A stretch of 64,000 nucleotides of DNA. It comes from Candidatus Latescibacterota bacterium. Its GTDB lineage: Bacteria > Latescibacterota > UBA2968 > UBA8231. Below are positions 56,930 to 64,000 of this stretch, piece after piece. The notes below the pieces were generated by a model that ran no database searches, was not told the origin of the DNA, and worked only from the letters and a program-made list of their open reading frames with translations. Location: contig OZ253462.1 of the NCBI GenBank assembly GCA_965261395.1, positions 4,800,001 through 4,864,000 on the forward strand. Reading direction: 5' to 3'. The stretch's first letter is position 1. Each line of letters opens with the position of its first letter. The position numbers were made by a program, and so were the translations under genes.

Positions 56930-59599
56930 CTAGCGTTCCAGCCCTGCATAGGCCGTCATGAATATCTTGCTAGTCGTGCTAGGGGGCAGATTTTCAAACG
57001 TCAGCTTCTGCAGGCGAAATCCCGTCTGCAGATGGAGCCTGTAGCCCAAGTAATCCGAAGAGTTATTAAATTGCACCGCGACGATGCGACTGAAGGAATC
57101 CGGCTCCAAGTCGCGATTGACCGGCACCCCCTCCTCGTCGTCGCGAAACTGCTCAAAATGGGACAGTTCTAGTCCCAACTCGATGAGCGTATGGGAGAGC
57201 ATGGGAATGCGGGCAATAAGAAAAAGCGTCTCGGTCAACTCGCGGCGCTCCGGGTCGCGCTTGCGCACGGGGCGCTCGCGCAAAAATTCGCTCTTGAAGC
57301 GCGGTTCAAGTTCGATGTTTCTCACTGGGAAAGTGTAATCGACTTTGTTGATGAGACCGGCAAAGCTAGCCGTGCCACGCAGGTCGCGCTGATCCCGGCG
57401 CTGATTGTAGATTTCAGTCTTGAATTTGTTGATTACATTCAGGTTCCCTACGAGCGTGAAATCGAACTGTACATAGGAAGTGTTGACCCAGGTGTCGCGA
57501 GCCGGGAGCAAATCAAAAACGCGCTGTTGAGTACCGCGGGAATTAGACGGCTGCACCCACTGGAAGAGGTTGTCGGGAATGTCGTCCTCGACCAGTTTGA
57601 AATTGTCGAACACCCGCAAACGGCCCAACTGGGCAAAATCCCTTTCGTAGGTGAAGAGCAGGTACGTGGATTCGTTTTTGCGATCCCCCGCCAGCAGTTT
57701 TTCGCGCAAACGCCCGACGGTTAGCCGGGCCTCGGGCCCGATCTGGGTTCCCGCGTAGATATTGTAGCCGCGGTGGTCGCGCCCATAGGGATAATCGGGT
57801 TCTTCGTCGTTTTCAAAGCGGTCGATCCAGCCGTTGTTGTTCATGTCAACGCCAAAGAGGTATTCGGGTCTATCGGCGTGATAGCGCAGGAAGGGCTCTT
57901 CGTAATCGGGAATGAAGTTCTGGCGATCCTCCGTATCGTTCTGGTTGAAATCCGAGACGAAATCGTTGTTCTCGTCAAAACCCGGAAAGACCGCATTGTC
58001 CGACAGCATACTATAGCGGTTCCAGTCCGGCCGGCGGTCTTGGTCATCGTTGTCCTCGACGAACTCGTAGATATAGGATATTTCGTCTTCGTAATCGATT
58101 TCGTCCTGTCCCCGAGTACCCGCTAGGAAGGTGCGGGTAGAATAGTCCGCGTCCATGCTATAGCCTTCGAGGAAGACGAACCAAGGATAGGACGCCTTGG
58201 ACAGGTTGAACATCCACGCCTGGGCGTCGTTAACCGCCTTGCGATGATCCTTTAGATTGAGGTTGGGATACTGGCGGTACTGATTGTTGAAATCGTACTC
58301 CCCGTAAAAGTCAAAACCCCAGACCTTGTTGGACTCTAAAGTAACGCCAAGGATGGTATTGGCCGTGGGCAGACCGTAGTCGAATTGCAACAGTCGCTGG
58401 TTGGAGTTGTCGCGGATATTGTTCTGGGCCCGTTCGATCAGCAAGAAGACGGGCTGTGAGTCCCGGTTGGTCTGCCGGTCGGACGTGATTTCCACCTTGT
58501 AGTCGTTGGAGATCACCAATTCAAAGGATACTCTTTCAATAGTCGTAGGATCAGGTCCTATGTACAAAGGGTCAGTAAAGTCGTAGGTGAGGGTAATGCG
58601 CTCGTCCCCGTCCGCAGCTAAAAACCCCACCCGTTGGAACCCCCCTTCGCGTATAGGCTCGAATCCTATGGCACTGCCTCGGAAAATGTTGCCGTCCACA
58701 TCCTCGATGATGATTTCATCGTCGAACAGGGCCGCCCCACCCACTCCGTCTGCGGGCGAGTCGTCCGACAGCCGGATAATGATGCGGGATATGGGTAGCG
58801 CATTCTGGTCGGTGGTCAGAGCCCCGCCCGCAAAAGGGTTGCCGGTGAAATCGTCGAATAGCGTCTGACCTTGGAAGGCGGTCACATAGGTCGCCCCGAC
58901 CTGGACGAAGTCGCCGACCCGAACGATGCCCCGTCCGCCCAGTAAGTTGGTGACGCTGGTCTTCTGATCGGGGATATCCAGAGAAGTGGCCACGGCCGGC
59001 CGACTGGGGCGGGCCAGTAGGAGAGTACCCTGGTACTTGTCGGCAGCAAAATCCCACTGAATGCCGTTGAACGTGGGTTTAGAAAAAGTCATCGGTGTCA
59101 AAGTAGTGCGGATCTCATCGCCAATCGTGATGCTGTAGTGGTATTGTCCCTTGTGGTCCGAGGAGACGGCTACTCGGGTGAACCATTGGTTGAACCTGTT
59201 GGTCTTGAGAATGCTGCTGCCGAATTGCTGGGGGCGATCTTGCTGCCAATCGTAGATCAACCAGCCTCGGGTGACTAGATTGCCGAAGAAATCGTAGAAG
59301 TAATCGCCCTCCAACGCGGTGTCCACATAGCGCTGATAGGGATCGCGGGCGTAGTTGGAGTACTCCCACTGTCTCCACTGGTACTCCTTATACAATTCTT
59401 GGGGGACGTACCATTTGCGCACTGCCGGATCCAGCGCATCGAATAATACCCCCGGTCCTTGCGGGGAAAAATCCACCTTCCCACCCTGCTTCACTCTACC
59501 CATGCGCGAGCCGTACGCTTGGGCACCAACCGGAGTCGGCGCACTCCAGCCTAGCGCGCAGAGAACAGCACCTACCACAATCAGATAGCGCTTGTTCAA
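56930..59599 (-). CDS. Family B ~900-aa secreted/probable outer-membrane protein
   Basis: Paralog of 7202..9982. TTG start at 59599 follows AGGAGG; the ORF is open to 59614. Confidence 0.85.
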   Translation of the reverse strand: MNKRYLIVVGAVLCALGWSAPTPVGAQAYGSRMGRVKQGGKVDFSPQGPGVLFDALDPAVRKWYVPQELYKEYQWRQWEYSNYARDPYQRYVDTALEGDYFYDFFGNLVTRGWLIYDWQQDRPQQFGSSILKTNRFNQWFTRVAVSSDHKGQYHYSITIGDEIRTTLTPMTFSKPTFNGIQWDFAADKYQGTLLLARPSRPAVATSLDIPDQKTSVTNLLGGRGIVRVGDFVQVGATYVTAFQGQTLFDDFTGNPFAGGALTTDQNALPISRIIIRLSDDSPADGVGGAALFDDEIIIEDVDGNIFRGSAIGFEPIREGGFQRVGFLAADGDERITLTYDFTDPLYIGPDPTTIERVSFELVISNDYKVEITSDRQTNRDSQPVFLLIERAQNNIRDNSNQRLLQFDYGLPTANTILGVTLESNKVWGFDFYGEYDFNNQYRQYPNLNLKDHRKAVNDAQAWMFNLSKASYPWFVFLEGYSMDADYSTRTFLAGTRGQDEIDYEDEISYIYEFVEDNDDQDRRPDWNRYSMLSDNAVFPGFDENNDFVSDFNQNDTEDRQNFIPDYEEPFLRYHADRPEYLFGVDMNNNGWIDRFENDEEPDYPYGRDHRGYNIYAGTQIGPEARLTVGRLREKLLAGDRKNESTYLLFTYERDFAQLGRLRVFDNFKLVEDDIPDNLFQWVQPSNSRGTQQRVFDLLPARDTWVNTSYVQFDFTLVGNLNVINKFKTEIYNQRRDQRDLRGTASFAGLINKVDYTFPVRNIELEPRFKSEFLRERPVRKRDPERRELTETLFLIARIPMLSHTLIELGLELSHFEQFRDDEEGVPVNRDLEPDSFSRIVAVQFNNSSDYLGYRLHLQTGFRLQKLTFENLPPSTTSKIFMTAYAGLER

Positions 59600-59626
59600 A
59601 ATCCCCCTCCTCACTTGGCGTAGCCC

Positions 59627-61645
59627 CTAGTATACCACGGACACACTGCTGGACCGCCGCTCGGTCTCCCGGTCGGAGCGAATTTCCACTACCGCCAAGT
59701 AGATGCCCGGCGGTACTAGGCGATCGTCGTCGCCACGACCGTCCCACTGTAGCTGGATGCGGCCGTTTTGGACCTCGGCAGCGTTGAGCCGCCGCACGCG
59801 GCCACCAGTCAAGTCATAGATATTTACCTCGCTCGGTGATGGTTCGAGCAGGTGCAGAACCGCATAGCTTATTTCCGCCACGTCATTGGCCCCATCTCCA
59901 TTGGGGGTGAAGATCCGCGGCTGGATTGCCAGCGGACCAGCCACCTGCGAGCCCACGGGAATTCGCACCAGCAACTCGTCGGTATCCTGTTCGGCCGAAG
60001 CATCTCCGCTCTCGGTCTGCAGCGGCACTTGTACGCTGGCATCGGCAAGGGCTCGCCCTTGGAAACGCGTGCCGTAGCGGAACACGGCTGCATCAAAGAC
60101 AATCTTCAAAAGAGTGCCATCGACGTTGATCAGAGGTAAGCTTAGGGCAAAGTGGTCGTCCTCCACCGCCTCAATGGAGAACGATCCGACGCGCAGGGGC
60201 AAAGACACATCAGCCAGCTCGCCGCTGAACTCGGCTCCATCTAGGCGATTGCCCGCCCTATCTTGGATCTCCACCGAATGGATGGCCGCGATGCGAGCCG
60301 GGGTTTCGATTTCAAAGCGCGTGAATCCCGGCCGGCCCGTAGTATTGGTGATGCGGGCGAAGTACGTAAAAGTCGTCTGTTTGCCGACCTCGGTCCGCGG
60401 TGGTCCCACCTCGGCGACGATGCGGTCAACCGGGGGCCGTGCAAACTGGAAGCCCAAGTCGGCGACAGCGCGGCTAGCATCCAGGCTCAGATTGGTGAAG
60501 TCGAGGCGGAACTGGAAGTAGCGCCGTGGTGCCGGCACCGTCAGAGGGGTGCCATTGTCGACCACTTGCCACTGGACCCAGCCGTTGTCGGTATCGGATT
60601 TGATAGGCCCCTGCTGGTTCTTCGCCAGTTTTTCGAAGGTTTCTTCTGTCAGCGCATTGCCTTCGCTATCGGTGGGCACATATTCGGGTTGCCGACCACC
60701 TACATTGGCATTGCGGAAAAAGACATCTGGCGTCGTATCCCGCCCGCTGCGTACGCGGATTTCTATCTTGGAATCTGCGCTATTGCCCGCGACCTCTTCG
60801 CTCCAAGCGATTCGCCCCCAGACTACCTCCTCGCCCAGATCTAGCACATTGGACACATAGCTGGCCGTCGGTACGAACCCCCTGCCGTACACCTCTACCT
60901 CGTCAATTTCAAATCCTAGGGTAGAAATCGACTTGAGTTGCAGAAAGCGGACAAATTGGGGGTTGATCTGTACGTCCACTCTGGCCTCGCGGTTGTCTGG
61001 ATCGCGCCGCACCGGCGAAGTGAAAATGGGCTGACCACTGGCAAAGAGGTTTTGCAGCAAACCGTCGTTGAGGAACAACTCATATCCCCGCATGAATTCG
61101 TTCCCAAAGGGAAACGACGCCGTCATCCTCGGATAGAACGCGATTCGGTCCACTCCGAAGCGCGCACCAAGGTCAATGCGAATGGTGACGCCGTTGTTGC
61201 GCACGATGCGGCCGGCCACGAACTTGCGATCAAAAGCCACTCGGTGGTCGCCATTGAGCATGCCCGCCAATTGCTCTGGATTTTTCTGGCTGGCATCCAG
61301 CCCCGGAATATCTATAGTGCCTCCCCGCTCGAGAACACCGAGCGAAATGTTGAAATCAGAGCGCAAGCGCAGCGGCATGATCCAGTTTTGCAGGGAATCC
61401 ACGCCATCGGCGAACACTTTTTCGCCGTTGGCGTCCTCGATAGTTCCCAATTGCTCGACAAAATCGATCACGCCCCCAGGTGTTGTGCCAGAATTGTCCC
61501 AAGGACGTTCGTCGCCGCCGACCGTAAAAACATCCTGCGCGCTGGTTGGACACACGGACAGCAGCAGAAGGAGAATTAGCAAAGGAAGGACTATCTGCAA
61601 CGACTGCAGTAGCTTGAAAAGGGAACCGATGAGACGATGTGTCAT
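59627..61645 (-). CDS. Family A FlgD-tail secreted protein
   Basis: 672 aa; IDLGARFGVDRIAFYPR shared with the 4939 gene (FDLGARFGVSRIRFFPR); FTPNGDGAND; ends VVY. Confidence 0.85.
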   Translation of the reverse strand: MTHRLIGSLFKLLQSLQIVLPLLILLLLLSVCPTSAQDVFTVGGDERPWDNSGTTPGGVIDFVEQLGTIEDANGEKVFADGVDSLQNWIMPLRLRSDFNISLGVLERGGTIDIPGLDASQKNPEQLAGMLNGDHRVAFDRKFVAGRIVRNNGVTIRIDLGARFGVDRIAFYPRMTASFPFGNEFMRGYELFLNDGLLQNLFASGQPIFTSPVRRDPDNREARVDVQINPQFVRFLQLKSISTLGFEIDEVEVYGRGFVPTASYVSNVLDLGEEVVWGRIAWSEEVAGNSADSKIEIRVRSGRDTTPDVFFRNANVGGRQPEYVPTDSEGNALTEETFEKLAKNQQGPIKSDTDNGWVQWQVVDNGTPLTVPAPRRYFQFRLDFTNLSLDASRAVADLGFQFARPPVDRIVAEVGPPRTEVGKQTTFTYFARITNTTGRPGFTRFEIETPARIAAIHSVEIQDRAGNRLDGAEFSGELADVSLPLRVGSFSIEAVEDDHFALSLPLINVDGTLLKIVFDAAVFRYGTRFQGRALADASVQVPLQTESGDASAEQDTDELLVRIPVGSQVAGPLAIQPRIFTPNGDGANDVAEISYAVLHLLEPSPSEVNIYDLTGGRVRRLNAAEVQNGRIQLQWDGRGDDDRLVPPGIYLAVVEIRSDRETERRSSSVSVVY

Positions 61646-61741
61646 AGCGAGGATCGGCTCTTTAATAGACAGCCGAGATTCCAGCCTTGCTCATCTCTGA
61701 ATAGTGTACCGGAGGCTGCCTCTGAAGCGTGATATTCGTTA

Positions 61742-61887
61742 GAAGCCGTCTGAAAACCCCCTGTCGGGCTGTTTTTCGGGTGGTCAAGCGATCTAGGCGT
61801 CGAGCGTTTTTCATAGGGCGAGACGCCCTCGATCCCAGCGGCTTGGAGTCAAAGCAGAGATCGAAACCCTAGTTTTCAGACGGCTTC
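61742..61887. mobile_element. MITE (146 bp, non-coding)
   Basis: Perfect 16-bp TIRs GAAGCCGTCTGAAAAC / GTTTTCAGACGGCTTC, flanked by TTA on both sides (61739-61741 and 61888-61890). Confidence 0.85.
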
Positions 61888-61984
61888 TTAGTAAGTCGTG
61901 ATAAACTATATATTTATATGAGATGAATCAAGAAGAGCCTAAGGGCCGTTAGCTGTCCGTCCTGCCGCGACGCTCCTTCTATAG

Positions 61985-62284
61985 TCAAACGTCGAGCGGC
62001 ACCAACCAGACCAAGGTAGCCCCCCAGCCACCACCACCTTCGCCAGCCAAGCGGAACGTTTCCACTTCGGGCAAGCGGCCCAAAATGGCGTGGACCGAGC
62101 GCCGCAACTGGCCCGTGCCCTTGCCGTGGATGACGCGCACTTGCAAAATGCCCGCTTGGCGACAGGCATCCAAATAGTCGGGCAACAGCTCTTTGAGGTC
62201 GCGCGGATGGAAGGTGTGCAGGTCCAGCGTGCCGTCGATGGGCACTTCCACCGCTTCAGGCTCTTCCCATTGTTCTTCGGTCAT
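61985..62284 (-). CDS. Stand-alone Smr/MutS2 domain protein
   Basis: LDLHTF, VRVIHGKGTGQLR and GGWGATLV motifs. Confidence 0.92.
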   Translation of the reverse strand: MTEEQWEEPEAVEVPIDGTLDLHTFHPRDLKELLPDYLDACRQAGILQVRVIHGKGTGQLRRSVHAILGRLPEVETFRLAGEGGGGWGATLVWLVPLDV

Positions 62285-62288
62285 CGTC

Positions 62289-63425
62289 CTAAGCCTTCCG
62301 AGCGCGGAGTTCAGTAGAGCTGATATCCATCCTAAAAGACACCGGCGCGAAAAGGTCCACATACTTTGTGGGTATATCTATATCCGCTAAGGTGCGGTAC
62401 GCATCTCCCTCCACCCGTCCGGCCACCCAAAAGCGACAGCCCCCAGCGGCAAATTCCGCCAGCGCCGCCGCCAAGCCCCGTTCCCCTTCATCATAATACT
62501 GGTCCTGCAAGAGCCGCACGGCCGTATCGTACCCCAGCGCGAAATGGCAACCGCCAAAAAGCCGGGCCTTCTGCAAAAAAGTCGGTGCCCGCGTCACCAC
62601 CACTGGGAAGCGACCACGCATCTGCACCAAGCGCTGCTCAACCTCACGCCTTTGCAGGGGCGGCTTATCGACATTTTCGATGGACAGTTCCAGACTCGGT
62701 CGCCGACCACTTAGCTGTCCCACCGCAGCCGCGAGCTTCTCGTGTCCCTCGTGCAGCGGGTTAAAGGCCCCGGACAAGAGCAGGCGCTGCCCGCGCTCGA
62801 CCTCCGGGTAGATCGCTCCATCGAGCCGCATTTCGACGACGTCCAACTCGCCCGCAAACAGCAAGCCCAGCGGATCGTCCAACGCCAACTCGCGCCGCGC
62901 AAGATGCGCGTAGTCCGGCAGCGATGCACCAGCGACCGGGCCGCTGCAGGTCTCCACTATGGCCTCCAAGGCCAAGCGGCTCAAGACCTCCTCTTGCTCC
63001 AAGCGGTCGGCTGCGCCCTTCGCAAAGCGCAGGGTGTACAGGCGATAGGTGCGCTCTAAGCGCAGCGCGATGCAGCCCCGGTCCGCGCCGCGCCGCGGCC
63101 TGCCCGTCGCCAAAGCCGCACTGCAGCCCACGCCGATGCAGCCCTGCCCCGGCTCAACAAAGGAAGCAGCCCGCACAAAGGCCCGACCCGCCATATCCCG
63201 CGCCGTTTGCTCGTTTGCCCCATGCGGCCCTACCGAGGCCAAATACGCCGCTAGCGCTCGCTCGCTGTAGGGTACTTGGGCTTCGATGATCGCGCGCGAA
63301 GCCCCAGGGTGATTCAAGAGCCAGCTAATGAGTTCGCTGCCCCCGCCAGTGGTCGCCAAGGCCAGCCGGGTGCCGCTGTTCAATACGGCTTCGACCTGCG
63401 TCCAGATGTCGCTGGAGACGCGCAA
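62289..63425 (-). CDS. CinA-like N-terminal domain fused to an HxGH nucleotidyltransferase (NMNAT/cytidylyltransferase-like)
   Basis: ATTGGG and VPYS in the N-part; SGAFNPLHEGH, GYDTAVRL and ISSTELR in the C-part. Confidence 0.75.
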   Translation of the reverse strand: MRVSSDIWTQVEAVLNSGTRLALATTGGGSELISWLLNHPGASRAIIEAQVPYSERALAAYLASVGPHGANEQTARDMAGRAFVRAASFVEPGQGCIGVGCSAALATGRPRRGADRGCIALRLERTYRLYTLRFAKGAADRLEQEEVLSRLALEAIVETCSGPVAGASLPDYAHLARRELALDDPLGLLFAGELDVVEMRLDGAIYPEVERGQRLLLSGAFNPLHEGHEKLAAAVGQLSGRRPSLELSIENVDKPPLQRREVEQRLVQMRGRFPVVVTRAPTFLQKARLFGGCHFALGYDTAVRLLQDQYYDEGERGLAAALAEFAAGGCRFWVAGRVEGDAYRTLADIDIPTKYVDLFAPVSFRMDISSTELRARKA

Positions 63426-63431
63426 GCCGTT

Positions 63432-64000
63432 TCAACCCGCGAAGAAGTCGAAGGCACTGCGGAGGCCCCAGCCCGTGAGGAAGAGGCCGCTGACCAAGTT
63501 GAGCACCCGCAGCGGCCACCCCATGCGCAGCGCTACCGGCAGGAAGCGGTGATCGGTCCACACCATCAGCAGACACCACAGACCGCAGGTGAGGACCCCG
63601 CCGAAGATCGCCGCTGGTGTCACGATCGCCACCGGATTGCCGCCCAGCCACATAATGGCGATGCCGCCAACACCGCAGTAGGCCACCACCCACGGCCGCA
63701 GCCGGGCGACAGGCACTTCGCGCACCCGCCGGACAATGGGCCGGAGGCACTCGTAAGTGGTGCGCGTATAGAGCTCGTACGCGGCCATTATGGTGCCAAA
63801 AAACGCAGTGAACACGCCGAATTGGTACAGATAGACCAAGGCTGGATGCAGGAGCGTGAGGAAATCGGCCTGCACCGAGAGTAGCTGCATCCCCTCTGGC
63901 ACGATGTGCTGGGGGCGGAGTACGGCCGCGCCGAGCACCACAAAGGCCATGGTAAAAATCACCACGCAGGCAAAGGACACCCCGGAGTCCACCAGTGGAC
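63432..64000 (-). CDS. Nramp-like (APC fold) transporter, 5' part outside the window
   Basis: Hydrophobic C-terminal part: FVVLGAAVL...FGVFTAFFGT. Confidence 0.65.
   Translation of the reverse strand, partial: PLVDSGVSFACVVIFTMAFVVLGAAVLRPQHIVPEGMQLLSVQADFLTLLHPALVYLYQFGVFTAFFGTIMAAYELYTRTTYECLRPIVRRVREVPVARLRPWVVAYCGVGGIAIMWLGGNPVAIVTPAAIFGGVLTCGLWCLLMVWTDHRFLPVALRMGWPLRVLNLVSGLFLTGWGLRSAFDFFAG

Noticed and set aside
1-64000. CRISPR array, rRNA, tRNA, prophage or integrase
   Set aside because: No regularly spaced repeats, RNA gene signatures, phage structural genes or recombinase motifs seen by eye. Small RNAs could be missed.

Overview
GC-rich bacterial window. Gene content points to Latescibacterota or a related FCB-group lineage, but this is inference. 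There are four parts. (1) Two clusters, 3011-12849 (+) and 49444-61645 (-), are built from the same two uncharacterised paralog families: five secreted proteins with a C-terminal FlgD/CHU_C-like Ig tail that all end in Tyr, and three ~900-aa secreted proteins with acidic Ca-binding-like loops and probable beta-barrel C-termini. They sit with a two-parvulin chaperone, a protein with a TWGQIK tail and DUF6785-like membrane proteins, and together form a candidate undescribed envelope import or export system. (2) A ~9.5 kb candidate anti-phage cassette (18793-28303) encodes a HamA-like PD-(D/E)xK nuclease, a SNF2/RapA-type helicase with a HamB-like N-terminal helical domain, and a sacsin-like GHKL ATPase with an HNH-like Zn module. 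The last gene is split by an ISKra4-family element with an 8-bp target duplication, and the cassette is bounded by a decayed duplicate of the 5' end of a mazG-like gene. (3) Housekeeping genes include a stand-alone rplC, hinT, pcm, pyrD, pyrK, carB, nnr, glycosyltransferases and an M20 peptidase. (4) Smaller signals are a 146-bp MITE, an MT-A70 remnant, a cytochrome c/Cu-monooxygenase fusion, and CCWGG depletion with CTAG excess in a host gene. I saw no rRNA, tRNA or CRISPR array. Family names come from motif recognition by eye, not from database searches.
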